Source: an uncultured Gammaproteobacteria bacterium (lineage in GTDB: Bacteria > Patescibacteriota > Microgenomatia > UBA10105 > UBA927). From it: a stretch of 64,000 nt of DNA. This document shows, one piece after another, positions 28,298 to 38,930 of this stretch (positions are counted from its first letter, which is position 1; each line of letters begins with the position of its first letter). The stretch is taken from positions 229,448 to 293,447 of the forward strand of contig CAZUOM010000001.1 of NCBI GenBank assembly GCA_964621305.1. Direction: 5' to 3'. A model generated the notes under the pieces. That model saw only the letters and a program-made list of their open reading frames with translations. It was not told where the DNA came from and made no database searches. A program made the position numbers and the translations under genes.

Positions 28298-29200
28298 TTA
28301 ACGCCGCTCGGGGCAGCCAAATCCGATGCGTTCTCCCACATCGCCGCTAATGATCGTTCGATCCACAAACGCCACCCGGCAGGATCGCTCTGACTGTGGC
28401 AGACGTTCCCACCATGATAAGATCGTCTCGTGATAATCGCGTTGGACGAATCGGGCAAAATCCGCAAGCATCGTGCGGGGAGCGTCGATACCACAATTGC
28501 CACTTAAAAACTGACGCGTCTGATCCGATATGGGTATACCCGCAGGGCATCCGACTGTTTTACCCAAACCCAATTTTCGAAGCATTCCTCTCTCCAGGCC
28601 GCCGGAAGCAGTAATAAGTGCGTAGTTTGACTCGGCAAATAAGCCCGCCGGCAACCCAATGCCCAGAAATGCCTTGGATACATCGCCTAAGGAAACGCGC
28701 GAAAGCTCCACTACTGTTTTTGGATCAAAAGATTCACCCAAGAGTGCAACCAGTTGTACCGTCGCACGCGTACCGGTATGAAGACCCGCGCTCATCTCAG
28801 AGCGCAAATTCAGTCTGTGAAGTACGGCCCGAGATTGATCTGCAACAAGATCATTTGTCAATTCCAACAGATGGCGCGCGTAAGGGTGGATAAACCGTAC
28901 TGCCGCCTCCGGTATCGGTTTACCAAACAGAAACGCTCCCGACTTTTGATCGCCAATTACCTCAAAAATTCGCTGAAAGCTCAAATCCATACTACGCTGA
29001 ATACTCCGTGCATATTCCTTGAGAATAGAGGCTTCATCCTTTGTTGCCGTGAGCTGTTGGGGGTCGAATTGTTTCAAGTGACTACCTTCCCACACTGCCG
29101 CAAATGGGACAGAACCTGCGTCAAGCAAAATTTTATGAAACTCCCACAAAATGCCCGTTGAGTCGGCCAGATACTGATAAAAACGTTTATGACTGTTCAT
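28298..29200 (-). CDS. Hypothetical protein
   Basis: 300-aa ORF. Confidence 0.6.
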   Translation of the reverse strand: MNSHKRFYQYLADSTGILWEFHKILLDAGSVPFAAVWEGSHLKQFDPQQLTATKDEASILKEYARSIQRSMDLSFQRIFEVIGDQKSGAFLFGKPIPEAAVRFIHPYARHLLELTNDLVADQSRAVLHRLNLRSEMSAGLHTGTRATVQLVALLGESFDPKTVVELSRVSLGDVSKAFLGIGLPAGLFAESNYALITASGGLERGMLRKLGLGKTVGCPAGIPISDQTRQFLSGNCGIDAPRTMLADFARFVQRDYHETILSWWERLPQSERSCRVAFVDRTIISGDVGERIGFGCPERR

Positions 29201-29236
29201 CGCTGCATTATATACTATTGTGCTAAAATCGCCTAC

Positions 29237-29914
29237 ATGAACGTTGTTGAAGGTGAAAAATTTATGGCGCTTTCTGAAGAAGCTACTATTGGAGACGTCA
29301 ATCAGTTACTGAGGGGATCTTTTGGGGTCGGGATACCGAATACATTAGTTGATCGGTTAGATCTTTCAGCATTTTCATACCAAGTTAAACAAACTAGCCA
29401 AAAACACAGGAAGATGCTCACAATCGTTGGCTGGGACCGGCAGCAGTACGGCTCACCGATATGTGATGCAGTTTCCTGGATACAGTGTATACAGGAAACT
29501 GGTCGTTATCAGATCCGGCAGGTCACCAAAGCATTGGTTATCTCCGGCACTGATCGTACAAGCCATCGTCAGATGAGTCTTTTATATTCCCTTGATAGTC
29601 CGTACGAACTGTTTTACCTTGCGGCGTCTGATCGTTTTCCTTGGGAGGAGCCAGGGGTAGCTCATCCAAACAGTTTAATAGAGACGTGCACAACCGGTAT
29701 GATGTGCCGCACGGATGGGCATACGAGGTTTATCATCTGCCAAAACCGAACATGGGACATTGGTCGCGGTGTTGTCAGCTTCTTTGCACCAGGTATGGAA
29801 AAGTTGGGCTACCGCCTGAACCTAGAAGATACAACCGTTAATCTTTCCTGGGAACCGAATGATCCATGGATAGATCAATCCTGGACCCTCACTATCCCCA
29901 GATACCTCATGTAA
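29237..29914 (+). CDS. Hypothetical protein
   Basis: ORF; start uncertain. Confidence 0.55.
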   Translation: MNVVEGEKFMALSEEATIGDVNQLLRGSFGVGIPNTLVDRLDLSAFSYQVKQTSQKHRKMLTIVGWDRQQYGSPICDAVSWIQCIQETGRYQIRQVTKALVISGTDRTSHRQMSLLYSLDSPYELFYLAASDRFPWEEPGVAHPNSLIETCTTGMMCRTDGHTRFIICQNRTWDIGRGVVSFFAPGMEKLGYRLNLEDTTVNLSWEPNDPWIDQSWTLTIPRYLM

Positions 29915-30171
29915 CAAATAGAAAACATTTAACTCCGGCTTATTTGGTCGCGAGGAACTCCTTCGGCGTTCGTGCCTGTTGGTATGAGCGCAATGAATTC
30001 GTTTGCTAATGCAATAATTTTTTGATCTGTCGGTTTTCCTTCAGGGTTTTCATACCAGAAAAAGCAAGCTCAAGTATGCAATGCATACAACCCCTACGCC
30101 TTACGTCAAAGTGCCTACTTGTCAACAAAGGTGTTATGGCCTACTATTGAATACACGTATTTCAAGCCCAT

Positions 30172-30843
30172 ATGGATGAAATCAAAACTGAGCACCCAGC
30201 ATCTGCAGAAACCACTTTCAATAAAAAGAAAGATCGTTACCAGATACAAAAAAAGGAAAATGGTACGAAAAATAATTTTAAAAAGTTATCAGAAATATCT
30301 AGTTTGGAAAAACTTGCGATTTCTGAATTTTCGCAACGAGCTGTTTCTTCTGTCATACCCGAGTACTTTGACGATGCCGCCCAAGCTGTCATCACTAACC
30401 TACATAATGTGGATTTGAAGGGCGGTAAGCTGTGGTCTTATCGCACTGCCATAGAACGACTCACAAATTTAAATGGGTTGACAGAGGAGCAGGCAAAATA
30501 TTGCTTCGACTATGGTCGAGCCATTGCAACGATGAAAAAGTACGCACGATTGGCAGCATCGCCTAATTTATTTGATACGAAAGAAGGAAGAGAAGCCAAA
30601 GCAGAAGCGCGCAAATGGTGCGGCATGGCATACGCAGTGGAAAAAGGATATAGTCTTCCGGACTATGTGAGAAGCGCACGATCAATGCTTGCTGCTTTAC
30701 TCCCCACCTCGCCAGTTTCGAAACAAGCCCTTCAGGGACTGCGCAAACGCATGGAGGCGTGTTTTAGAGACAATAAAAATTGTCAGCGACTCCGAACCAT
30801 TGTTGGCCTTAATTCCTCTGCAACTCCGAAACGCGCCTCATGA
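30172..30843 (+). CDS. Hypothetical protein
   Basis: 223-aa ORF. Confidence 0.55.
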   Translation: MDEIKTEHPASAETTFNKKKDRYQIQKKENGTKNNFKKLSEISSLEKLAISEFSQRAVSSVIPEYFDDAAQAVITNLHNVDLKGGKLWSYRTAIERLTNLNGLTEEQAKYCFDYGRAIATMKKYARLAASPNLFDTKEGREAKAEARKWCGMAYAVEKGYSLPDYVRSARSMLAALLPTSPVSKQALQGLRKRMEACFRDNKNCQRLRTIVGLNSSATPKRAS

Positions 30844-31219
30844 GGTCAAGTTGGTAGCTGATATCCATTGCGTTTCGTCCCCATAGGAAACTATACTCCG
30901 TGGTTGCTGTTTCCCAAACATGCGGGCCTGGATCGGATACATCTGCGGCAATTTCGAACAGTCTTGTTGGTTCTGAGACGTGGAGCCTGCCGGTTTTGGC
31001 ATCAACCATCGCAACCAACTCGATGCCACGGAGGATATCTTCCCGTCGAAAGCCCGCCTCCATGGTTTTTTGTTCATATGGCTGGACTGACCCATCGGAG
31101 AGGAATACTGCAGCTGTCCCTGGAGTGAGCCCAAGGGGTGGAACGAACATTATTCCTTCTCTCCGCATGCGGAAAATGACAGCGTAGCCGATGGTTCTGG
31201 GCGCGTGTTCTTCTTCCAT
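30809..31219 (-). CDS. Hypothetical protein
   Basis: ORF downstream of TTGACA..TATACT. Confidence 0.5.
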   Translation of the reverse strand: MEEEHAPRTIGYAVIFRMRREGIMFVPPLGLTPGTAAVFLSDGSVQPYEQKTMEAGFRREDILRGIELVAMVDAKTGRLHVSEPTRLFEIAADVSDPGPHVWETATTEYSFLWGRNAMDISYQLDLMRRVSELQRN

Positions 31220-31299
31220 GTGGCTACAAGTATACACCTTCTTGTCAAAGCGCTTCCGTAGTGCTTTACCAACAGTGGTAAAGTTCTTATACTGGATGC

Positions 31300-31962
31300 A
31301 TGGACGCCCTTGCCCCCTATCTTGACCTAGCCAACCACCACGGAAATGCCACGGCCGTGGACATTAAAAAACTCTGCGCCGACGTCATCACCTACAGCCT
31401 CCACGCGGCGTTTGTGAACCCCTGCTATATTGCTCTTGCCAAAGAAGCGCTTGCCGGACGCGCTCGCGTCGGGACGGCATTTTCTTTTCCGTTAGGACAG
31501 GACACGCTCGCGAGCAAAATATCTACAGCAAATGAACTAGTTCAACTGGGCGCTGACGAGCTGGATGTCGTGCCCAACCTGGGTTTGTTTTTAGGAGGAG
31601 AGACCAACGGGTTCCTGGCTGAAATGAAAGCAGTCGTTGACTCGGCGCGGATGGTGGGAACAGCCGTCATCGTCAAATTCATCATCGAAACCGGCTATAT
31701 GAGCGACGAACAGATTGCCGAGGCTTCTAAGCTGGTCGTTGAAAGCGGCGCGGACTTTGTAAAGATCTGCTCCGGTATGGGGCCACGGGGAGCCAGTGTC
31801 CACGATGTTGAAATAGTTCGACAAGCGGTCGGCCCAAATGTAAAAATCAAAGCCGCCGGAGGAATAGACACACGGGAAGAAGCCGAAGCATTTATAAGGA
31901 CTGGCGCGAGCCGCATCGGCACCAGCCACGCCGTGGAGATTGTCAGAACCAATAGAACATAA
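31300..31962 (+). CDS. deoC: Deoxyribose-phosphate aldolase
   Basis: Motifs FPLG, GADELDVV, VKFIIET, GADFVK, KAAGGI and RIGTS. Confidence 0.93.
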   Translation: MDALAPYLDLANHHGNATAVDIKKLCADVITYSLHAAFVNPCYIALAKEALAGRARVGTAFSFPLGQDTLASKISTANELVQLGADELDVVPNLGLFLGGETNGFLAEMKAVVDSARMVGTAVIVKFIIETGYMSDEQIAEASKLVVESGADFVKICSGMGPRGASVHDVEIVRQAVGPNVKIKAAGGIDTREEAEAFIRTGASRIGTSHAVEIVRTNRT

Positions 31963-31977
31963 TTATTTTGATTTTTG

Positions 31978-32580
31978 TTAGAGCATTTTTAGGCGGGGAA
32001 TGATGGCGGGGTCCGATATAATTAGTCTGGTCGCACCGGCATCCACAATCATCTTGGCTGAACTTTCGCTGATCCCTTCTTCTGCAGCAATGGTCAAATC
32101 CGGATATGCCTGATGGATGGCGCGGATTTTTTCGACATTTTCCGGCTGGAGCGTGAGGCCCCTGGCGCCCATCTCTGCCATCATCACTAGCACTACGTCG
32201 ATGGTTTCCAAAAACGGCTCGACTGCCTCGACTTCTGTGGCTCCGTCGATGGCCAGACCCACCTCAACGCTCTCTTTTTCTGTCTCATCAAGAAACAGCC
32301 GCGGGTCGTTGGCTTCGACGTGTGCTATCAGGCGTTTGAACCCGGCATCAACCAGCATCCGGATGTATTTTTCGGGGCTAGCGACCATAAGGTGTGCTTC
32401 GAAACTGACTGGTTTGACTAATTGGCCAAATTTGGCTAAGTCCAAAAATGTCTCCGCCGGCACCAGTGAGCCATCGGCGATATCAATCTGCAACCAGTCA
32501 ACGTAGGGAGCAACAATAGCAACTTTGCGCTCAATTGCGTCCCAGTCTTTTTCAAAAATAGTAGGAATGATGCCGATCAT
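31978..32580 (-). CDS. rpe: Ribulose-phosphate 3-epimerase family protein (divergent)
   Basis: Motifs QIDIADG, EAHLMV and VLVM; several canonical residues are altered. Confidence 0.75.
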   Translation of the reverse strand: MIGIIPTIFEKDWDAIERKVAIVAPYVDWLQIDIADGSLVPAETFLDLAKFGQLVKPVSFEAHLMVASPEKYIRMLVDAGFKRLIAHVEANDPRLFLDETEKESVEVGLAIDGATEVEAVEPFLETIDVVLVMMAEMGARGLTLQPENVEKIRAIHQAYPDLTIAAEEGISESSAKMIVDAGATRLIISDPAIIPRLKML

Positions 32581-32644
32581 TGTTAAACTGCTACATTGCT
32601 AAATTGTTAAAAAACAATGTAACCATGTAACAATGTAACAATTT
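32578..32644. repeat. Inverted pair of 8-mer tandem repeats (ACATTGYT / AACAATGT)
   Basis: The same motif family occurs at 17757-17866 and 42078-42148. Confidence 0.75.
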
Positions 32645-32958
32645 TATTTGTAGCTCTGCAAGGAGGAAGAAAGGGAGGCGTAGGACTCATCGAGTTTTTT
32701 GAAGGTCGCGTCATCAAGGAACCCCCTGCCCCAGGCAACAGCCAGATGTGTGCGGGTTTTGGCGACCTCGCCAACGGCTGCCTCAAGAAGCTCTTTAGTC
32801 TTGCTGCTGTCTTTCCTGGTTAGTCCATCGGCAACTGTTGCCGCGACTTTTTCGCTAGAGGCAACAAGATCGCTATCCTCATCAGGGAGGGCTTCCTGTA
32901 AATCCATCAGCGCCACGTAGGCCGCCTGCCAAAGCTTGTGTTCGTGAAAGTTGACCAT
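32644..32958 (-). CDS. Four-helix-bundle protein (23S rRNA IVP/TIGR02436-like, divergent)
   Basis: F..LWQ.A..VADG..R..A.G..T.L..A..GFL pattern. Confidence 0.7.
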   Translation of the reverse strand: MVNFHEHKLWQAAYVALMDLQEALPDEDSDLVASSEKVAATVADGLTRKDSSKTKELLEAAVGEVAKTRTHLAVAWGRGFLDDATFKKLDESYASLSSSLQSYK

Positions 32959-33007
32959 AGAGCTATTCTAACGGATTATTCTAGGATTTGCTATACTCAC
33001 AGCCACA

Positions 33008-33394
33008 ATGTCTCCTGAAAACAAATCGCAACAGCGTGCGGGGGTTGATACAGCGGTCCTCCTGACAGTATTGATTGGCCTTGCTGCCAGCGGAGGTGCC
33101 ATGGTTGTGGCCTATTTCCATCAGATACCACTAGAGACAGATGTCTGCGGGGAAGCTTTAAAACTGCCAACACCAACCAGGATTCTGCCGCGGCCCGATG
33201 ATAGTCATCTTGTCCAGTGGCAAGGCATCTACCACTGCAACAAAATCCGCATCCTGGAATACGGATCATTTCCGATTGAAGCCAGAACCGTGGCCGGTGC
33301 TTGTCCTTATAACAGCCGGAATGGCGCATTTAAACTCGTAGACGGCACCTGCCGAAGCTTTGTGCAATCTATAAAACCCACGCCAACACAGTAA
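33008..33394 (+). CDS. Membrane-anchored hypothetical protein
   Basis: N-terminal TM segment and four Cys. Confidence 0.6.
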   Translation: MSPENKSQQRAGVDTAVLLTVLIGLAASGGAMVVAYFHQIPLETDVCGEALKLPTPTRILPRPDDSHLVQWQGIYHCNKIRILEYGSFPIEARTVAGACPYNSRNGAFKLVDGTCRSFVQSIKPTPTQ

Positions 33395-33489
33395 TGGTTT
33401 TTATATGAAACAACAGTAAATCAAGAATCCTTTGGAATTATTGATGCCGCAACCCTAAGGACTCCCGAGTCCGAACCACGATAAAAGAA

Positions 33490-34329
33490 TCATTTTTTTC
33501 TAAGTTTCTCTGCCGCATCGGTCGGATCAACAATGTTAACGTTGAGTCCCGTGCCCAGCTCAAAACCGGCCCGATGGATAAAGCGCGGGGTGATCCTTAT
33601 AAACCAGTTGACTCCGTGAAAAATGTAGAAGTTGTAGCCCAACGGGTTACCATTGTGCACATGGGCTAGTTCTGGATCCGAATAGACGGCGGCAACCTTC
33701 TTGATCCCGCTCTGGAGGGCTGCCGCTAGCGCAGGCAGAACCGAATCAGGCGTATCTCCAAAGCGCGTACCCTCGATTTTTGGCGCAATCCACGTTTCAA
33801 ACGGCCACTGAGAAAAATCCGGACAGTAAGTCACCATTGCCTCATCCTCACTAACGACGTTTGCAACTGGCTCCCGGGAGAGGGCGTCCAGATTTATCTG
33901 CCGGGGCACAACAACGAGCTGGCTATGCGGATGGGTGAGGCTTGCTCCGGCGTGAGCACCGTGATTGCAGAAGATAATGACATGCCCGTCTGTCGCATGA
34001 ACGCGGAAGCGATCACGGTAGGCGCGGACGATGTCTATGACCTGTTCCAAAGGGAGATCTTCGATATCCCTCTCGTGATCCGGGCTGTGGATCACCACCT
34101 CATGGGTGTCAGTTATGGGAAATTTGTTGGGAATGACGCGCACCTTCCACCCAGGGCTGTTTGCCGGACCTTCGCCGATTCTATAAGTCTCAAGAGGTGT
34201 TGCCCCTTCCGAACCGTGGCAAAACGGACATGTTGGTTGTTCTTTGGCACCATCACTAGGGCGGCCGGTTCTGCCGGGAACGATAATCACCCAGCGCTGG
34301 GTTTTGATATCGGGTACGTATTTGGCCAT
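33490..34329 (-). CDS. galT: GalT-like (HIT superfamily) uridylyl/adenylyltransferase
   Basis: Motifs CPFC, VIPNKFP, GASLTHPHSQ and AGFELGTG. Confidence 0.85.
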   Translation of the reverse strand: MAKYVPDIKTQRWVIIVPGRTGRPSDGAKEQPTCPFCHGSEGATPLETYRIGEGPANSPGWKVRVIPNKFPITDTHEVVIHSPDHERDIEDLPLEQVIDIVRAYRDRFRVHATDGHVIIFCNHGAHAGASLTHPHSQLVVVPRQINLDALSREPVANVVSEDEAMVTYCPDFSQWPFETWIAPKIEGTRFGDTPDSVLPALAAALQSGIKKVAAVYSDPELAHVHNGNPLGYNFYIFHGVNWFIRITPRFIHRAGFELGTGLNVNIVDPTDAAEKLRKK

Positions 34330-34344
34330 AAGTAGTAGTCTACA

Positions 34345-35652
34345 CTATTTCGCTTCCCCGTTGCCGTTTGGTTTTTTATAAGCTTTCTTATATAGAAAAT
34401 CTATGAGAAGATCATGGTAAAAGGCTGACATTTTTTCCCCAACCGCATCCCATGTAAAAGTATGCGCGACTCTCTCGATGCCGTTTTCGCGCATCATTTT
34501 TTTTACCTGCGGATGACGAAGGATAAAAAGAAGCTTATCGGCAAATGCACTAGCGTCGCGGGCGGGAACCAAAAATCCGGTTTTGCCGTCGCGGATCGTA
34601 TATAAAAGCCCGCCAACCCTTGATGCAACTATGGGCGTACCGCAGGCCATCGATTCAAGCGGCACGAGCCCGAATGGCTCGTAGTAGGACGGCACACACG
34701 TCACGTCGGCGCTCGAGTAGTAATACGGAAGCTCCTCGGGTGAAACCCCGCCGATGAAGCGGACCACATCGCCGATACCTTCTTTTTCAACAATATCAGT
34801 CAGCCGTTTTCGTTCTTCTGAAACGATCGGCAATTCTTTTTTCCATCTGTTTTTCGGCTCGCCACCGGAGACGATACAACGAAAGTTTTTGCGATTGTCA
34901 CCCATTTTTTGCGCCATAATGGCAACGGCGGCAAGGAGCGTGTCGATCCCCTTTCTCCGTTCGATGCGACCGATATAAAGGACGACGTCTTGATTTTGCG
35001 GCCAGCGCAAAACTCTTCTGGCTATCGTGAGCGGAATAGGAAAAAACCTTTTGAGATTAACCCCTTCTCCGATGACGACAATTTTTTTGGACGATACGGC
35101 ATAAAGGCCCATCAGCTCGTCCTTCATCTGGGGACACGTAGCGATGACGCGATGCAGCCGGTCGAGCACCTCTTTTTCGTGGGTGATCCGGTCCGAAGGC
35201 GACGGGTCGTTGCTGCCAAGAGCCTGGTGTTTGACCATGCCCAAGGTATGGAATGTGTTGACCGCCGGAATTCCCAACTTCGCCGCCGCTTCAACGGCAG
35301 CATAGGCTGAATTATAGTAGTTGCCGTGAATCAGAAGGTAGTCGAGATTGTTTTTTTCTTTGAAAGCCAAAAAGCTTTCGACATATTTGGGCATGAGGGG
35401 AAACAATTCTTCTTTCGGAACAAACTTTACCGGCCCAGCGGGTATACGCACAACTCGAACCGTATCGGATACTTTGGCTATCTGTGCCGTCTTGTGAAAG
35501 GACCAACGCACAAAAACATCAACTGTCCATCCTAGACGTCCGAGTGCACGGGAAACTTCGAGTATGTAGACGTTCTCGCCTCCTGCTTCGTGCCCGCCAA
35601 GGGGAGACAGGGGGTCGGCATTGTCGGTAAAAAAAGCAATGCGCTTAGTCAC
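34345..35652 (-). CDS. GT4 glycosyltransferase, MshA/sucrose-phosphate-synthase-like
   Basis: Motifs AGGENVYI, TFHTLG and PSYYEPFGLVPLESMACG. Confidence 0.9.
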   Translation of the reverse strand: MTKRIAFFTDNADPLSPLGGHEAGGENVYILEVSRALGRLGWTVDVFVRWSFHKTAQIAKVSDTVRVVRIPAGPVKFVPKEELFPLMPKYVESFLAFKEKNNLDYLLIHGNYYNSAYAAVEAAAKLGIPAVNTFHTLGMVKHQALGSNDPSPSDRITHEKEVLDRLHRVIATCPQMKDELMGLYAVSSKKIVVIGEGVNLKRFFPIPLTIARRVLRWPQNQDVVLYIGRIERRKGIDTLLAAVAIMAQKMGDNRKNFRCIVSGGEPKNRWKKELPIVSEERKRLTDIVEKEGIGDVVRFIGGVSPEELPYYYSSADVTCVPSYYEPFGLVPLESMACGTPIVASRVGGLLYTIRDGKTGFLVPARDASAFADKLLFILRHPQVKKMMRENGIERVAHTFTWDAVGEKMSAFYHDLLIDFLYKKAYKKPNGNGEAK

Positions 35653-35725
35653 CTAGCCATGGTATCACATAAAGAGTTAATTCTGTCAAGCGGCGAACCC
35701 GCGCATGGTCTGAATTTTGTAAACG

Positions 35726-36871
35726 CTATAAAGAGGTTTTTAGTCCCAATATTTGCTCGTACACTCTTTCATATCCAGCTACCATCTTCTCGATCGTAAA
35801 ATAATCTTCAATTCGTTTTCTGCATGCCAAACGCATCGCACGGTATTGACTATTCGGCATCTCATAGATACGTCTAATCGCCTCTTTCATGCCTTCCATG
35901 CCTGTTCTTTTCACTACCCAGTCACCGCGAATATCCTCAACTGATGGGTTGAGAATATATCCGGTCACCCCATCGACTACAATTTCCGGCACAGACCCAC
36001 GGGCAAAAGCGATAACCGGCGTCCCGCATGCCATGGCCTCAATCATCACCAGCCCAAACGGCTCCTCCCATTGGAGCGGAAACAGATAGGCTTTAGCCTG
36101 CCCATAACGGAAAAATAAATCATTCTGCGAAAGCATTCCACCGTGCTGGACAAGATTCCCGCCTAAATAAGGAACTATCTGAACCCAATATGCATCGCCA
36201 TGGCCTTGGTGATGCGTTCCGAAAATTTGAAGGGGCATTCCGGTTGCGTGAGCCAGTTGTGCCGCCTGTAATATTCCTTTGTCCGGGGTGATGCGACCGA
36301 CAATCAGAAGAAAACCACCGGCTCCATCACCCGCTGGATAAAGTTTAGGGTCAACGCCATGATAGACCGTACCGGCATAGCGTAGATTGGGCAAATTTTT
36401 TCGTTGTGCATTGCTAATTGATACATACCATTGCGTATCTGGAATTTTTTCAAGTATTCGCTTTTTTATGCCTACAAGCGGACTATGAAGAGTAGCCACG
36501 GTAGGCGTTGATACAAATGATGAATAATACGCACTACGTGTATCAAAAGATGAATGAATTATATCAAATATCTGATCGCGTGCATCAAGATAGCACCGAC
36601 GAATCAACAAGTGCTCCATTTCAAAATGGTTCGCAAGACCTATTTCTTGATCATGTATACTTGCTACCTCACTAACAGAAATCAATCTTCCCGTTGTTTT
36701 ACTATCGCCCGATGCGTACAGCTTCACATCATGCCCATGTGCAACAAGGCCATCCGTAATCTTTGACATGATCCGCTCGCTGGCACCGGCAAATCCCGGT
36801 GGAAGCCTAGTGGGATCAGGAGGAAGGGGAAACAAATTTGAAGCAAGTATTGCAATACGTAATTTTCTCAT
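35726..36871 (-). CDS. GT4 glycosyltransferase
   Basis: WEEPFGLVMIEAMACGTPV motif. Confidence 0.9.
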   Translation of the reverse strand: MRKLRIAILASNLFPLPPDPTRLPPGFAGASERIMSKITDGLVAHGHDVKLYASGDSKTTGRLISVSEVASIHDQEIGLANHFEMEHLLIRRCYLDARDQIFDIIHSSFDTRSAYYSSFVSTPTVATLHSPLVGIKKRILEKIPDTQWYVSISNAQRKNLPNLRYAGTVYHGVDPKLYPAGDGAGGFLLIVGRITPDKGILQAAQLAHATGMPLQIFGTHHQGHGDAYWVQIVPYLGGNLVQHGGMLSQNDLFFRYGQAKAYLFPLQWEEPFGLVMIEAMACGTPVIAFARGSVPEIVVDGVTGYILNPSVEDIRGDWVVKRTGMEGMKEAIRRIYEMPNSQYRAMRLACRKRIEDYFTIEKMVAGYERVYEQILGLKTSL

Positions 36872-37932
36872 GCCTTTTTATCACCTAATATGCGTTCATA
36901 TACTTTTAAATATCCATCAGCCATCTTTTCTTTCGAAAATCGCTCTTCCACCCATCGACGACATTTCAAGCGAGCTAAGCCTGATATCTGTGGTACATAA
37001 GAAGCTAACTCCTCAACTGTCTTACCCAAAAATCCAGTTTCTCCATGACGAATTATTTCTGGAAAAGATCCTCGGCTAACACCAATGACCGGAGTCCCGC
37101 AGGCCATAGCCTCTACAGCGTATAGACCAAATGGTTCATCCCATTGAATCGGCGCAAGCAAGGCATATGCTTGCTGCAGATATTTTACTTTAGTTTCAAG
37201 ATCGAGTTCGCCCAGCAAAACAATCTGAGATCCGTCAATCATTGGCTTACACGATTCAAAATACTGCCAATCTGCAGAATCTACTTGACGATCGATTTCT
37301 TTAGTTGCCAACAACAGTCGACGGCCAGCTTTTTTAGCTATCTCTATTGCCTCTTTTGCTCCTTTATCTGGAGAAAATCGTGCAAGAAAAAGCAGGTAAT
37401 CATCGTGAACATCTAAATATGAATATAAAGATAAATCGATACCGTTATAAACTGTTGCTTTATACTGTAGCTTTGGTGCGCCCTTTCGTTGATTATTCGA
37501 AATAGAAACATATTCCAGATCTGAAGAAGACTGATAACCAATCTGTTGATGTTGCAAGTTTGTAGGCATGTGTAATGTCGTTATGAGCGGGTTATGAATA
37601 AATTGATGGAAAAGAAGAAGGCGCCAACCGTTGTGGTTATGAACTATATCAAATGCACGATTTTGTAATTCAGAAAGTGTCAAACTAATTCCATAATACT
37701 TTGCTCCTTCTCGGCTAGACAAATGGGTACTATATGGTGCTGTTGATCGCAAAGCACTCGGGAAAATTGACACTAATTTGCACGGCACGTTAGAATCGCC
37801 CGTTCCAAATAAAGTCACGTCGTGACCACGGGAAACAAGCTCTGTTATGAGGTTGTAAATGACAACCTCTGTCCCTCCGTATTTTTTCGGCGGCACGGAT
37901 TCTTCAAACGGAGCAAGCATGGCAATCTTCAT
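36868..37932 (-). CDS. GT4 glycosyltransferase
   Basis: Motifs VPPKKYGGTE and WDEPFGLYAVEAMACG. Confidence 0.9.
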   Translation of the reverse strand: MKIAMLAPFEESVPPKKYGGTEVVIYNLITELVSRGHDVTLFGTGDSNVPCKLVSIFPSALRSTAPYSTHLSSREGAKYYGISLTLSELQNRAFDIVHNHNGWRLLLFHQFIHNPLITTLHMPTNLQHQQIGYQSSSDLEYVSISNNQRKGAPKLQYKATVYNGIDLSLYSYLDVHDDYLLFLARFSPDKGAKEAIEIAKKAGRRLLLATKEIDRQVDSADWQYFESCKPMIDGSQIVLLGELDLETKVKYLQQAYALLAPIQWDEPFGLYAVEAMACGTPVIGVSRGSFPEIIRHGETGFLGKTVEELASYVPQISGLARLKCRRWVEERFSKEKMADGYLKVYERILGDKKA

Positions 37933-38048
37933 ATTGATTAGTATGAATCAGTTTCTGCCTGAATACAAGGAGGAATAAAACTTTTTGCAACAAGAAGGCT
38001 CCTTACGGTGCCCTTGATAGACATCCGTATCTTCTTTATGATTACTCT

Positions 38049-38930
38049 ATGCCAACTGGTGAAATATCACCAACTACAATTTTATTCGGGGCAGCCAAGC
38101 CTCCTCGCCTTGATACAATAAAACTTGCTACTGTGATTAGCCAATCTGCAGCAACTGTGTCTGGACCAAGACAAAATGAAAAAGTAAGTGGGATTATTGA
38201 GAAAATCCTGCGAGATTCGGACCCTGAAATACAACAATTTGCATTAAATTATCAACAATTTCTCGGTCTGTTTAAAGACTAGGGAGCACGAAGAGAAACA
38301 CCTGACACGGTCATGTTCAGCCAGGAATTTGCCCGTTTTATCTATCGAGGCCTTCGTGTTGGAGACGAAGCTCCATTTATGTCTGATTGTTTGTCTCAAC
38401 TGCGTGACATATCTAGTGCACTCAAAAGAACACGCTTTGGATCAGCGCTTGGCAATGGAATGATGAGAGCAATAGCTGGCGCCCAGACCCATGCTGGACT
38501 TATGAATCTATTAACAGACGCTGGATACCAGATTGTTGTTCCGAAGCTCAGCGATAAAGCCGAATGCGTTCAGTGGGACTGGAACATTGGTTGCGACTTT
38601 GCAGCATATAAACAAGAGAAACTGTATCTTATTGACACTAAAAATGCCCTCTTCGACGCAGAACAAGCTGATAAATCTTTTCTAGAAGTAGCAAGCGTGG
38701 TCGAGGTGACTAGAGGAAAGTACAACATGCGTCTTGTATTATCAGTTCGTCACGATATATTGAAGTTGCTCAAAGCGCCAGATGAAACACACATGAACCA
38801 TCTTATTGTTACTGTTCCATCAGTCGGGATTATTAAGGGGTCAATAGCCACCATTGAACCAACCGCAGCAAGTGATATACTCAGGCAATTAAATTCTATA
38901 AAAGGAAAAACGTATGCCGCAGACAATTGA
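38049..38930 (+). pseudogene. PD-(D/E)XK-like nuclease-fold gene interrupted by one TAG (38280-38282)
   Basis: ORFs 38049-38282 and 38313-38930 are in the same frame; motif CDF..LYLIDTK. Confidence 0.55.

Noticed and set aside
32644-32958. Avd of a diversity-generating retroelement
   Set aside because: No reverse transcriptase and no TR/VR pair with adenine-specific mismatches was seen. The repeats found have mixed mismatches.
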